64,000 nt of DNA from an uncultured Bacteriovoracaceae bacterium (GCA_964600235.1 CAZRIV010000013.1:21258-85257), one strand, 5' to 3'; counted from the stretch's first letter, positions 49,178 through 59,482 are shown. Notes: generated from the letters alone by a model not told the origin. A program made the numbers and translations.

Positions 49178-49195
49178 TTCCTTTGTGGGCAATCC

Positions 49196-50185
49196 TTACT
49201 GGATGAGGCTAGATGTCTTTTTCAGGTGGGCTATGGCATCATCATGCATGGTCTTTAGAAGCTCCTTGCAGGTTATGATGTCCTTGATATGGCCGATGGA
49301 CTGGCCGACCATTAAAGGCGCATCTTCCACATCCCCTGTCTCCCAGGCCTTCTTTATCCGCTGCCCTGCAATAAGAGGAATGAGGGCCTCGATTCCCTTA
49401 CCCTCGGCCTCGGCGGCAAGAACCTCTGAGATTATCTTGTTCTTCAAGGCCCTGCCCTGAAGGCCAATGGACTTGCACATGATAGTGGTCTCGAACTCCT
49501 GACGCTTGATGAGTTCCTGCTTGATATTCTCATGGACGTCGCACTCTTTCGTGGCAATGAACCTGCTCGCCATCATGACACCCTGCGCCCCAAGAGTCAG
49601 GGCTGCAGCCATAGATCTTCCATCGGCTATGCCCCCGACCGTGACAACCGGTATCTGAACGGAATCGGCTATTCTCGGAGTCAGAACCATAGTGGTGACG
49701 TCGTCCCCTAGCGGATGTCCCCCCTCCTCAAAACCGGCCGCATATACACCGTCATAGCCTGCCTTTTGTGCGTGTACAGCATGCCTCACAGAGCCAAGCT
49801 TATGGAAAAGCCTCACGCCTGCATTCTTTAGATCTTCGAAGGTCTTTTTCCCCAGGGCCTTGTCGAGCGGTGTGCCCGAAACCTCAATGCCTGCAACCCG
49901 TTCTTCTGCGCAAACCTTGGCATACATTGCATGGTGTTCCGATGTGATGCGAACAGATGGCAGGATTGTTATACCTACCATAAACGGTTTGTCCGTAAGC
50001 TTCCTCACCTCGCGTATGGCTGCTCGAAACTGATCCTCGGTTTCATAATTACCTGCCGTGATGTTTCCCATACCCCCTGCATTCGATATGGCCGCACAAA
50101 GCTTGGGCTTGCAGAGCCACATCATGGCACCGCATATGACAGGATACTCAATACCGAACATGTCTGTAATGGCAGTCTTAATCAT
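49196..50185 (-). CDS. Nitronate monooxygenase / FabK-like flavoenzyme (paralogue)
   Basis: MFGIEYPVI, ISNAGGMG, GFEEGGHP, VGGIADGR, ASRFIATKE. Confidence 0.9.
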   Translation of the reverse strand: MIKTAITDMFGIEYPVICGAMMWLCKPKLCAAISNAGGMGNITAGNYETEDQFRAAIREVRKLTDKPFMVGITILPSVRITSEHHAMYAKVCAEERVAGIEVSGTPLDKALGKKTFEDLKNAGVRLFHKLGSVRHAVHAQKAGYDGVYAAGFEEGGHPLGDDVTTMVLTPRIADSVQIPVVTVGGIADGRSMAAALTLGAQGVMMASRFIATKECDVHENIKQELIKRQEFETTIMCKSIGLQGRALKNKIISEVLAAEAEGKGIEALIPLIAGQRIKKAWETGDVEDAPLMVGQSIGHIKDIITCKELLKTMHDDAIAHLKKTSSLIQ

Positions 50186-50422
50186 GTTTACCCCCTAAGA
50201 AGTTGAAAGCTTTAAGTTGTACTTTATGCTTTATATTTAGGTACACGGACAACCATCTCATGTCAATACATTTCTGGCAAGGGCAGTACAATAAGAATCG
50301 TGATATAGTACTCTCCAATGATTTCATGATAACCTCCTGGATAAACTGATGGCAGCAGAATCTTGTTCTTTCACAAACCCTATGGTAGGTATATCCGGCA
50401 CATCGGACAGAGGAGGTATATC

Positions 50423-51628
50423 TTGAATTACAGGTTCACCACAAAAGATTACGCTATATTCCTTCTAAGCTATGTCTTCTTTTTTCTCTATATAGCTGAT
50501 GCACTGGCACTTTTTTCCATTCCGGCAATAACGGGCATCCCTTCATGGCTGTATCTCATGATCGCCATTGTTCTCAATGTATGGGTGCTGCCGCTGCCCG
50601 GCATTCACCCCAGATTGCCCAAACCCCCTGAGGTCGGAGCATTACCATCCCCAACCACAGCCCCCGCGTTACCGGAAAAAGCTGCCGAACCTGAAAAGAA
50701 GGCTCCGCCAAAACCAACGATGGAGGAGAAACTCGGCAAAGGGCTGGCAAAAACACACAAGGGTTTCATCGACAGGATATCTGCAGTATTCAAGAGATCG
50801 ACAACCATTGATCAGGGCCTTCTTACCGATTTGGAAGAAACCCTTGTCGGCACTGATATCGGAGTGAGAACCGCATATGCCCTCTTTGAATCAATCAAGA
50901 AAAAAGCGCCATCGCTGAATGGTCCGGATTCAGCCCTGGGCGCCATCAGGACAGAAGTGGAACTGATTCTCGAAAAACGCGAGTCTCCCATTGCGGTCCC
51001 CGAGGGGGTTAAACCCTATGTCATCATGGTAACAGGGGTGAACGGCTCAGGAAAAACAACAACCATTGCCAAAATAGCTTACTACCTTCAGAACATGGGA
51101 AAATCCGTGATCATAGCATCAGGAGATACTTTCCGAGCAGCAGCCATTGAACAGCTGGAGCATTGGGCCAATAAGGTAGGGGCCGATTTCGTCAAGTCAC
51201 AGGAAGGGGCGGACCCTTCTGCTGTTGCATTTGACGGATTGCAGGCCGCCATGGCCAGGGGGCACGACGTACTCATTATCGATACAGCCGGCAGACTCCA
51301 TACCAAGGAGAACCTCATGGATGAATTGAAAAAAACGAAGAAGGTTCTCGGTAAAAAATACGAAGGAGCACCCCATGAAATACTGCTCGTTCTCGATGCG
51401 ACCATCGGCCAGAATGCCATTGAGCAAACCAGGCAATTCAACAATGCCCTGGGCGTTACCGGCATCACGCTGACCAAGCTTGATGGATCATCCAAGGGAG
51501 GAGTAATCGTGGGTATTGCAAATGAATTCGAGATACCCATCAGATTCATCGGGATTGGTGAAGACATGGATGATCTTCAGCCGTTTCATGCAAAAAGCTT
51601 TGTCGATGCCCTTTTCCTTGACAACTGA
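50423..51628 (+). CDS. ftsY: SRP receptor FtsY with hydrophobic N-terminal extension
   Basis: GVNGSGKTTT, DTFRAAA, DTAGR, TKLD, GIGE; GAGGAGG plus TTG start. Confidence 0.95.
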   Translation: MNYRFTTKDYAIFLLSYVFFFLYIADALALFSIPAITGIPSWLYLMIAIVLNVWVLPLPGIHPRLPKPPEVGALPSPTTAPALPEKAAEPEKKAPPKPTMEEKLGKGLAKTHKGFIDRISAVFKRSTTIDQGLLTDLEETLVGTDIGVRTAYALFESIKKKAPSLNGPDSALGAIRTEVELILEKRESPIAVPEGVKPYVIMVTGVNGSGKTTTIAKIAYYLQNMGKSVIIASGDTFRAAAIEQLEHWANKVGADFVKSQEGADPSAVAFDGLQAAMARGHDVLIIDTAGRLHTKENLMDELKKTKKVLGKKYEGAPHEILLVLDATIGQNAIEQTRQFNNALGVTGITLTKLDGSSKGGVIVGIANEFEIPIRFIGIGEDMDDLQPFHAKSFVDALFLDN

Positions 51629-51652
51629 GCACGGAGCCAAGATATCTAGTCT

Positions 51653-52651
51653 ATGCTGAAGATTAATAAAGAGAAACTCCATACGATATTCGATACCATG
51701 GGATCGAAACGAATCATGGTTATCGGAGATCTTATGCTTGATGAATATATCTGGGGAAAGGTGGACCGCATCTCTCCAGAAGCACCTGTACCAGTTGTTG
51801 ATGTGCAAAGTGAACTCTTCAAACTCGGCGGCGCAGGCAATGTTGCAAATAATCTGCTGAGCCTGGGGGCTAAGGTCATCATCAATGCAGTGCGGGGGAA
51901 TGATCGTCATGGCGACATTCTCAAAGACATCCTTGAAGACCTCAAGCTGCCAACAAACTCCATCTTCACCGACCACAAACGCTCAACAACGGTAAAAACC
52001 CGCATCATTGCACATACCCAACAGGTGGCAAGAATCGATAAAGAGGACAAATCCCTAATCTCGGAGGCCTTACTTAAAAAGATTATATCCACTTACAGGG
52101 ATTGTCTGGGAAAATTGGACGCACTCATTATTTCTGACTATGGTAAAGGTGTTATAAGCAAGAGGCTCATTAATCAGGTAGTTCCTCTTGCGCGTCAGAA
52201 CAATATTCCGGTCTGCGTTGATCCCAAGGAAAGAAATTTTCCTCATTATAAAAACGTCAGCGTTATCACGCCTAATATTAAGGAGTTGAGCTTCGGCGCA
52301 GGTATAAAGATAGAAGACTACGAGCACATTAAACAGGCCGCACAGAAGGTAAGGTCCATGCTTGGCTGCGATATGATTCTGGTGACTCGAGGGGAGCATG
52401 GAATGAGCCTGTTTACTGATGACCACGGGGCTACCGACATACCCACAACGGCAAAGGCGGTCTATGACGTAACCGGAGCTGGTGATACGGTTATTGCGTG
52501 CTTCACCCTTGCATTATCGTCAGGAGCCAGTCCGAAAGAAGCCGCTGTTATCGCCAATGTTGCAGCCGGCCTTGTAGTTGCCGAAGTCGGTGCAGCAAGC
52601 GTACCAGTGGAAAGGCTCTATAAGGTATGTATGGAGGAGATCGGTGAGTAA
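51653..52651 (+). CDS. rfaE1: D-glycero-beta-D-manno-heptose-7-phosphate kinase (HldA/RfaE domain I)
   Basis: GDLMLDEYIWG..RISPEAPVPV, GGAGNVA, SDYGKG, DVTGAGDTV. Confidence 0.92.
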   Translation: MLKINKEKLHTIFDTMGSKRIMVIGDLMLDEYIWGKVDRISPEAPVPVVDVQSELFKLGGAGNVANNLLSLGAKVIINAVRGNDRHGDILKDILEDLKLPTNSIFTDHKRSTTVKTRIIAHTQQVARIDKEDKSLISEALLKKIISTYRDCLGKLDALIISDYGKGVISKRLINQVVPLARQNNIPVCVDPKERNFPHYKNVSVITPNIKELSFGAGIKIEDYEHIKQAAQKVRSMLGCDMILVTRGEHGMSLFTDDHGATDIPTTAKAVYDVTGAGDTVIACFTLALSSGASPKEAAVIANVAAGLVVAEVGAASVPVERLYKVCMEEIGE

Positions 52652-53177
52652 GGTGTCTTACCCCGACAAGGTCATGCTCTTTTGTAGTATGATCTATCAT
52701 GAGGCCACACCGAGGGACCATGCGATCTCCCTGTTGAAAGAACGGTTCGGACAGGTACTTTTTGAAACCGAAGCAATGCCTTTTAACTATACCGATTACT
52801 ACTGTCGAGAGATGGGGTCTCCTCTCTATCGCATTATCCTTGCATTCTCAGATCTTGCGGAGAGAGACTCGCTGCCGGAGAAAAAGATCGAGACAAACAA
52901 TATTGAAAACAGATTTCTTGAACAAGGGAATAGAAAGATAAACATCGACCCCGGGCTGATCACCCTGGAGAATCTGTGCCTCGCAACAACGAAACCCTAC
53001 ACACACCGTGTCTATCTGGGCAAGGGCATCTGGGGAGAAATCACCCTTATCTTCCGGGGGGATTCTTACCAGAGGCTGGAATGGACCTACCCGGATTATG
53101 GGTCGACAGAACTTATAGCGATCTTCAACAGACTAAGAGAAACATACAGGAGGCATCTAAAATGCCATCAAGCATGA
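52644..53177 (+). CDS. DUF4416 family protein
   Basis: TDYYCREMG, RKINIDPG, LATTK..HRVYLG.GI; GTG start. Confidence 0.8.
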   Translation: MSKVSYPDKVMLFCSMIYHEATPRDHAISLLKERFGQVLFETEAMPFNYTDYYCREMGSPLYRIILAFSDLAERDSLPEKKIETNNIENRFLEQGNRKINIDPGLITLENLCLATTKPYTHRVYLGKGIWGEITLIFRGDSYQRLEWTYPDYGSTELIAIFNRLRETYRRHLKCHQA

Positions 53178-54025
53178 CCGGTTTCGGCCAGGCGGATATC
53201 CACGGATACCATGTGGAAATCAAGGGGGTCAACCACAGGTACAAGGATATACGAGTGAAGATGCCCCGCGACCTTTCAGCCTATGAGATCCCCGTGAGGG
53301 ATATCGTTTCAGAAGTAGTACACAGGGGCAAGGTCGACGTGACGGTAACCAGAAGTACAGGTATCAATACTCAGGATAAACTGGCCATAAACCTGGAATT
53401 AGCAAAGACATACTTTGAGGAGCTCTCTTCCATGGCAAAGACCTTTGGGGGCGAGGTTACCTTTCGTGACATCCTTCTCATACCAGGTGTCTTGGGAGAA
53501 GGGATCGATAATATGGTGGATCAATTACCTCTTGTCCAGGAGGCAGTGCGTCAAGCCATCAAAGCTTTTTCAAAGGCACGAGAGATTGAGGGTGCAAACT
53601 TGACAAAGGACATCCTCTCAAGGGCAGGCAATCTGCTTCGCCTGGCCGAGTCCATGAAAGATCTTGCATTGGATGTGACAAAAGCATATAGAGATAGGCT
53701 GCATGCCAATTTAAGCACACTTCTCGCAGACAAGTCCAGCATGATCGATGATGTTCGCCTGGAACAGGAAGTAGCAATTTTGGCAGACAAATGCGATATC
53801 ACCGAAGAATTGGTACGACTTAACAGCCATCTCCATACACTTCAGGAAACTATCGCAAACCAGAAAGGACCGATTGGCAGGCAAACTGATTTCATTCTTC
53901 AGGAGATAAACCGTGAAATAAACACAATCGGTTCTAAGAATCAGGTACATGCCTTAAGTCGTATCGTTATAGATGCAAAGACTGAAATGGAAAAGATCAG
54001 AGAGCAGATACAGAATATCGAATAG
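53162..54025 (+). CDS. yicC: YicC/YloC family endoribonuclease
   Basis: SMTGFG, EIKGVNHRY, DITEELVRL, DFILQEINREINTIGSK. Confidence 0.93.
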   Translation: MPSSMTGFGQADIHGYHVEIKGVNHRYKDIRVKMPRDLSAYEIPVRDIVSEVVHRGKVDVTVTRSTGINTQDKLAINLELAKTYFEELSSMAKTFGGEVTFRDILLIPGVLGEGIDNMVDQLPLVQEAVRQAIKAFSKAREIEGANLTKDILSRAGNLLRLAESMKDLALDVTKAYRDRLHANLSTLLADKSSMIDDVRLEQEVAILADKCDITEELVRLNSHLHTLQETIANQKGPIGRQTDFILQEINREINTIGSKNQVHALSRIVIDAKTEMEKIREQIQNIE

Positions 54026-54051
54026 GTTGTCTTAACTAAAGGAGAGCGGGC

Positions 54052-54336
54052 ATGGGCAAACTTGACACCAGACTTCTCAATATCGGCTTTAATAATGGGG
54101 TGGTAGCATCAAGAATCATAGCCATTGTCAATCCATCATCATCCCCCATGAAACGCCTCAGAGAAGAGGCGAAAGATAGAGGTCAGCTTATCGATGCAAC
54201 ACAGGGCAGAAAGACGAGATCCATAATCATTACTGATAGTTCTCACGTGATTTTGAGTGCCATTCAGGCAGAAACCATCTCAAACCGCCTTTCCGATGGA
54301 AGTGGTTCAAAAGAGAATATCTCCCTGAAGGAGTAG
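54052..54336 (+). CDS. remA: DUF370 / RemA family regulator
   Basis: LLNIGFNN.V...[30 protein letters not shown]. Confidence 0.9.
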   Translation: MGKLDTRLLNIGFNNGVVASRIIAIVNPSSSPMKRLREEAKDRGQLIDATQGRKTRSIIITDSSHVILSAIQAETISNRLSDGSGSKENISLKE

Positions 54337-54338
54337 CG

Positions 54339-54935
54339 GTGAGGATCTTCATCTCCGGCCCGTCCGGTGTTGGAAAATCAACTGTTATCAAAGCGCTGTT
54401 AAAGAACAATCCTGATGTAGTACTATCCGTTTCCTATACAACAAGGCCCCCACGGATTGGGGAAAAGGATGGCGTCGATTACTTCTTTATCTCACAGGAA
54501 TTGTTTGAAAAGATGATTGCATCCGACTCGTTCCTGGAATGGGCCAGCGTACATGGTCAACTCTATGGGACATCCATGCAATGGATCACATCTAAAGAGC
54601 AAGAGGGGCTCCATATACTCTTTGATATCGATGTTCAGGGTGTGATCCAGGCAAAAGAAAAGGCCTCGCAAGGGTGTTTCATACTCATCATACCACCTGA
54701 CATGGAAGAACTATCAAAACGTCTCCATGGCCGGGGAACGGAAGAACTTGAGACGGTAAGAGTAAGGCTGGAGAATGCAAGAAAAGAACTCTCTCATTGG
54801 AATATGTATGACTATCTCGTGGTGAATGACTCTCTTGAAAAAACAGTAGAAGATATCTCCACGATCTTGAAGGCCTATAAATCATCAAGGGAAGTGGTGA
54901 TAGGAGAGCTGCCATGGATAAAAACGATCGGATAA
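54339..54935 (+). CDS. gmk: Guanylate kinase
   Basis: GPSGVGKST, SYTTRPPR.GE.DGVDYFF, DIDVQG. Confidence 0.95.
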   Translation: MRIFISGPSGVGKSTVIKALLKNNPDVVLSVSYTTRPPRIGEKDGVDYFFISQELFEKMIASDSFLEWASVHGQLYGTSMQWITSKEQEGLHILFDIDVQGVIQAKEKASQGCFILIIPPDMEELSKRLHGRGTEELETVRVRLENARKELSHWNMYDYLVVNDSLEKTVEDISTILKAYKSSREVVIGELPWIKTIG

Positions 54936-55636
54936 TCTTCGCACTGGATATCGGCAACATGGATTCAGCCCGACAATGGGTCCGCACCCTCAAGGGGCAT
55001 GTGGGATGGTTCAAGGTGGGTCTCGAACTCTTTACCGCAGTCGGCCCCGATGTTGTTAAACTTGTAAGAGACAACGGAATAAAATGCTTCCTTGACCTGA
55101 AGCTCCATGATATCCCGAACACGGTTGCGGGCGCGGTAAAATCGGCAGTAAGAACCGGGGCAGACATGATGACTATCCACCTCTCGGGCGGCAGGGCGAT
55201 GATTACAGCAGCCCTCAAGGCAGCACTTGAGGAATCACAGGCGCTTGGAATCGACAGGCCCAGAATCATCGGCGTAAGCGTGCTCACCTCATTAGGCGGT
55301 GAAGATCTTCAGGAGGTCGGGATTCATAAAAAACCATCTGAGCAGGTTCAACTCCTTGCACAGTTTGCCGCCTCTTGCGGCGCCGATGGCCTTGTATGCT
55401 CCGCAGAGGATCTTGTGCATATCCGCTCCAATGTCCCTGAAACCTTATTACTGATAACTCCAGGGATCAGGCCCAGCTGGTCACAGAAGGGAGACCAGAA
55501 ACGTATTGCCACACCCCTGTCTGCGATACAATCAGGCGCAGACCTTCTGGTAATAGGCAGGCCCATCAGTGATGCCCCTGATCCTGTACTGGCTGTAAAG
55601 AAGATCAAACAGGAGATCGAATCCCACGGGGCATAG
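54914..55636 (+). CDS. pyrF: Orotidine-5'-phosphate decarboxylase
   Basis: FKVGLELF, FLDLKLHDIPNTV, TPGIRP, GDQKR, VIGRPI. Confidence 0.97.
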   Translation: MDKNDRIIFALDIGNMDSARQWVRTLKGHVGWFKVGLELFTAVGPDVVKLVRDNGIKCFLDLKLHDIPNTVAGAVKSAVRTGADMMTIHLSGGRAMITAALKAALEESQALGIDRPRIIGVSVLTSLGGEDLQEVGIHKKPSEQVQLLAQFAASCGADGLVCSAEDLVHIRSNVPETLLLITPGIRPSWSQKGDQKRIATPLSAIQSGADLLVIGRPISDAPDPVLAVKKIKQEIESHGA

Positions 55637-55738
55637 CTGATATCTCGAGATTATTTTTTCTAAGTTTTGAATCCGTGCGTTCGCCTTTTCATCGACGCCA
55701 TTATTGACCTTAAACCTGTTCTCGCTTATCTTGCGTCC

Positions 55739-56269
55739 ATGTCTTTAAGAATATGCGGCGGAAAATTCCGTTCTATCAGGATCGAATGCCCTGCTTCACA
55801 CGTGCGGCCTACAACCGACCGCGTAAAAGAAGCTGTATTCTCTACACTCGTCCATTATCTTCAAGACTCAGTTGTCTTGGATCTTTTTGCCGGAAGCGGG
55901 AGTCTGGGCATCGAATCCATAAGCAGGGGGGCAGCACGGGTTACCTTTGTTGACAAGAGCAGGGAGTGTATCAGTATAATTAATCGTAATATCAAATGCA
56001 TAGATGCACAACAGCTCTCTACGATCATTCAATCTGATGCTCGGACGTATATCAATTCATGCGGATCATCTTTTGATCTGATATTCATGGACCCCCCTTA
56101 CCATAAAGGTCTTGCCTCTGAATTGGCCCCTCATGTATATAACCTCCTCAACCTTGGAGGAATATTGGTAGTGGAACACTCAACAAAAGAGACAATCACT
56201 TTGGCGGCATGGAAAATAAAACAATATGGGGACACTGCCATATCATATTTCATGAGGAGTGAGAAATGA
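55739..56269 (+). CDS. rsmD: 16S rRNA m2G966 methyltransferase
   Basis: RPTTDRVKEAVF, LDLFAGSGSLGIE..SRG, DPPY. Confidence 0.93.
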   Translation: MSLRICGGKFRSIRIECPASHVRPTTDRVKEAVFSTLVHYLQDSVVLDLFAGSGSLGIESISRGAARVTFVDKSRECISIINRNIKCIDAQQLSTIIQSDARTYINSCGSSFDLIFMDPPYHKGLASELAPHVYNLLNLGGILVVEHSTKETITLAAWKIKQYGDTAISYFMRSEK

Positions 56270-56775
56270 ACAGGGAAAAGATCGCCGTCTGTCCCGGCTC
56301 ATTTGATCCAATCACCCATGGACACCTGGATATTGTCCGTCGGGGCTTATGTGTTTTCGATAAGGTTATCATCGCAGTCGGCCACAACCCATTGAAGCAA
56401 GACCTGTTTACTACAGAGGAAAAGATCGAAATGATCACGAAATCTGTTGAGGGGAACCCCAAGATAGAAGTGGATTTTTTCGAAGGCCTGCTCGTTGACT
56501 ACATCCAAAAGGTCGGCGCTTGTGCCATCCTGAGGGGATTGAGGGTCATCTCCGACTTCGAACTGGAGATGCAGCTCGCGCTTATGAACAGACGTCTTTG
56601 CGAAAGGGCTGAAACATTATTCCTCATGACAGACTATAACCATCTCTTCGTCAGTTCGACCATTGTCAAAGCGACGGCGGCCGCAGGAGGCTCAGTCAAA
56701 GGTTTAGTCCCAGAGCCTGCATTGGACAAACTCCTTGAGAAGTTCCCCCACATGAATACTACGCAACATCACTAG
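56266..56775 (+). CDS. coaD: Phosphopantetheine adenylyltransferase
   Basis: PGSFDPITHGH, RGLR..SDFE.E, VSST. Confidence 0.97.
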   Translation: MNREKIAVCPGSFDPITHGHLDIVRRGLCVFDKVIIAVGHNPLKQDLFTTEEKIEMITKSVEGNPKIEVDFFEGLLVDYIQKVGACAILRGLRVISDFELEMQLALMNRRLCERAETLFLMTDYNHLFVSSTIVKATAAAGGSVKGLVPEPALDKLLEKFPHMNTTQHH

Positions 56776-56787
56776 GGAGGTTTTGCA

Positions 56788-57966
56788 ATGAAGATATCTA
56801 AGCTCGTATCTAAGATCCCAGGCTCGCCGACATTGGCACTGTCCGCCAAGGTCAATGAGCTTAAGGCAAAGGGTAAGGATGTAATAGGATTCACTGCTGG
56901 AGAACCTGACTTCGATACACCAGATAATATAAAAAACTCCGCAATCGAGGCACTGAACCGGGGCAATACGAAGTACACACCAGTGGGTGGGATTCTCAAG
57001 CTTAAGGAGGCCATCTGTGCAAATATCAAGAAGGACTACTCTCTGGATGTCTCCCCTGAGAATATCATCGTTTCCTGCGGGGCCAAACATAGCCTGTATA
57101 ACCTCTTTCTCACTCTATTTGAAGGAGGTGATGAGGTCATCTGCCCTGGACCGTACTGGGTATCATACCCCCCCATGGTGGAAATGACCGGCGCAGCCCC
57201 GGTGACAATCGATACCAGACCTACAGGGATGAAGCTCCATGCCGATATGGTTGCCGAGGTTATTACCAAACGCACAAAAGGGATTATCATTAATTCACCG
57301 TCGAACCCGACTGGTATGGTCATTGATAAAAAAGAACTGGAGAAGATTGCCGAACTGTGCGTTCAAAATGATATTGTTATTATCTCGGATGATATTTATA
57401 GAAAAATCATCTTTGACGGACTTGAGTTTTTCAGTGTTGCGATGATCTCCCCTGAAGTCACGAAAAGGACTTTCATAGTAGATGGATCTTCGAAATCTTA
57501 TTCCATGACCGGATGGCGAATAGGCTACTGCATAGGAGACAGTAGGGTAATCAAGGCCATGGAAAGGCTGCAAAGCCAGAGCACCTCGAATCCAACCAGC
57601 TTTGCACAGGCAGGCGCCATTACATCACTCATGAGTGAACAATCCCAGCTGATTGCGGAGGACAGAAGAAAGATATTCGAAAAGAGACGGGACCTTATTG
57701 TCTCCAAACTCCGGGAAATCCCCGGGATCGATATCACCCCTCCGAACGGTACCTTTTATGCCTTCCCTTCAATTAATGGTTATATGGAAAGGTTCGGCAG
57801 TGCCACTGCCTTTTCGGAATACCTCATAGAAAATGCATTGGTTGCTCTCGTACCAGGGGGTGAATTCGGCGCCCCAAACCATGTGAGGTTTTCTTTTGCC
57901 ACTTCAGAAGATAACATTACAAAAGGTCTTGAAAGAATTAAGGAAGCCCTTTCCTCTCTGAAATAG
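56788..57966 (+). CDS. aspC: Class I/II PLP aminotransferase (aspartate aminotransferase-like)
   Basis: GEPDFDTP, NSPSNPTG, SKSYSMTGWRIG. Confidence 0.88.
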   Translation: MKISKLVSKIPGSPTLALSAKVNELKAKGKDVIGFTAGEPDFDTPDNIKNSAIEALNRGNTKYTPVGGILKLKEAICANIKKDYSLDVSPENIIVSCGAKHSLYNLFLTLFEGGDEVICPGPYWVSYPPMVEMTGAAPVTIDTRPTGMKLHADMVAEVITKRTKGIIINSPSNPTGMVIDKKELEKIAELCVQNDIVIISDDIYRKIIFDGLEFFSVAMISPEVTKRTFIVDGSSKSYSMTGWRIGYCIGDSRVIKAMERLQSQSTSNPTSFAQAGAITSLMSEQSQLIAEDRRKIFEKRRDLIVSKLREIPGIDITPPNGTFYAFPSINGYMERFGSATAFSEYLIENALVALVPGGEFGAPNHVRFSFATSEDNITKGLERIKEALSSLK

Positions 57967-58079
57967 ATCATAAAGGTATGGTGTCCAGGATTTCCATGCT
58001 GGGCATCATACCTTTCAGATAATATCCCTATTATATTATCATTTATTATATCCTGAACCTCAAACATTCAATAATGATC

Positions 58080-58106
58080 TAAAGAATTATATAGCCTCAC
58101 CGATAG
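58080..58106 (+). promoter_or_regulatory. Putative sigma28 (FliA) promoter of fliS
   Basis: TAAA-N15-ACCGATAG versus consensus TAAA-N15-GCCGATAA. Confidence 0.65.
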
Positions 58107-58140
58107 TATTAATAGTAATTAAGTGGGGAGGGGGTATTCA

Positions 58141-58518
58141 GTGAACATAAACACCGTAGGTTACCAAGCATATAAGAAGACCCAGATACAGACTGCTGAT
58201 CAGGGTAATCTTATCCTCCTATGTTACGACGGTGCCATCAGCTCCATCAAACAGGCAATCAAGGCCCACGAGGATAAAAATGATATCGCCATGGGTGAAT
58301 CACTCACCAAGGCTCAGAACATCCTTTGGGAGTTGGCCAACAGTTTGAATTTTGAGGCAGGTGAAATTGCATACAACCTCGATTCACTCTATAAGTATAT
58401 GATCAGGCAGATTATGGATGGCCAGTATCACAACACTATTAAACCGCTCAATGAAGTAGTCGCTTATCTGCAGGAGCTTAAGGAATCATGGCAAACCATA
58501 ATCCGGAAACAGTCCTGA
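58141..58518 (+). CDS. fliS: Flagellar export chaperone FliS
   Basis: AY..TQIQTA....LILLCYDGAI, KAQNI..EL..SLN...GEIA.NL..LY.Y, ELKESW. Confidence 0.92.
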   Translation: MNINTVGYQAYKKTQIQTADQGNLILLCYDGAISSIKQAIKAHEDKNDIAMGESLTKAQNILWELANSLNFEAGEIAYNLDSLYKYMIRQIMDGQYHNTIKPLNEVVAYLQELKESWQTIIRKQS

Positions 58519-58856
58519 AACTCCTCAGATCATGGCAGGCGAAGCTGAGTAAACAAACAGAGGCCCTATCCCACGGGAATATCCCTGAGATGGAATTATT
58601 ATTCCAAGATACTCTTGAAATACAGCACCGTCTCAGCCATATGTTTTCTGAATCAAAACACCTTGTCAAAGATAAGAATATTGCTCGAATTATTAAGGAA
58701 CTCTACGACGAGCAGGAAGAGCTTATCCAATCACTTATAACTGAGTCCGGAGAACTTGCACGAGAAATCGGCATCCTGGAAAAAAATCAGGCATCTCTTA
58801 AGGGCTATAAGAAGAGCAGTCAAACCCCGCCCCGCTTCATGAATGAACGTACATAA
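58488..58856 (+). CDS. Hypothetical coiled-coil protein (FliT/FlgN-like position)
   Basis: Helical 122 aa, follows fliS; family assignment from position only. Confidence 0.5.
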   Translation: MANHNPETVLKLLRSWQAKLSKQTEALSHGNIPEMELLFQDTLEIQHRLSHMFSESKHLVKDKNIARIIKELYDEQEELIQSLITESGELAREIGILEKNQASLKGYKKSSQTPPRFMNERT

Positions 58857-58912
58857 GAAATCCAGCCTGGATGAGTTGACAGACTGAGTATTTTCTCTTA
58901 GTCTGCAGAACT

Positions 58913-59482
58913 ATGCGGATGTTACTCTCATCGGGCTCTCCGAGAAGAAAAGAACTGCTCTCCTACCTGGGAATACCTTTTAAGGTAATTGTTCCAAATA
59001 TTTCAGAAGTCCAAAAACCAGAAGAGTCACCAAGGTCATTCTGTTTACGCATCAGTAGGGAAAAGGCCTTTGCAGTAGGGCGTCAGCACCCTGATGCCCT
59101 CGTCATTGGAGCGGATACAATTGTCGTTATCCATGGGAAAATCCTCGGGAAGCCTCAGGACGCAGATGAAGCAATTGATTATCTTTGTCTCCTTCAAGAT
59201 GAGACTCATGAAGTTTACACAGGGTATACAATAGTCCTCGGTGACCGTTCGATTTCAAAGGCCGTGAGAACGAGGGTAAGCTTCAGGCCCATGACCGTAG
59301 AAGAGATCTCATGGTATGTATCAACAGGGGAACCTATGGACAAAGCTGGGGCTTATGCAGTTCAGGGAATTGCATCCATGTTCATTAAAGAAATACATGG
59401 ATGCTACACCAACGTCATTGGATTGCCCCTTTCTTATTTGTACGAGGACCTCATGAAATTTGGAATAGAGCTGCATAATTGA
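58913..59482 (+). CDS. maf: Maf nucleotide pyrophosphatase
   Basis: LSSGSPRRKELL, IGADTIV, ILGKP, DKAGAYAVQG, NVIGLP. Confidence 0.95.
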   Translation: MRMLLSSGSPRRKELLSYLGIPFKVIVPNISEVQKPEESPRSFCLRISREKAFAVGRQHPDALVIGADTIVVIHGKILGKPQDADEAIDYLCLLQDETHEVYTGYTIVLGDRSISKAVRTRVSFRPMTVEEISWYVSTGEPMDKAGAYAVQGIASMFIKEIHGCYTNVIGLPLSYLYEDLMKFGIELHN

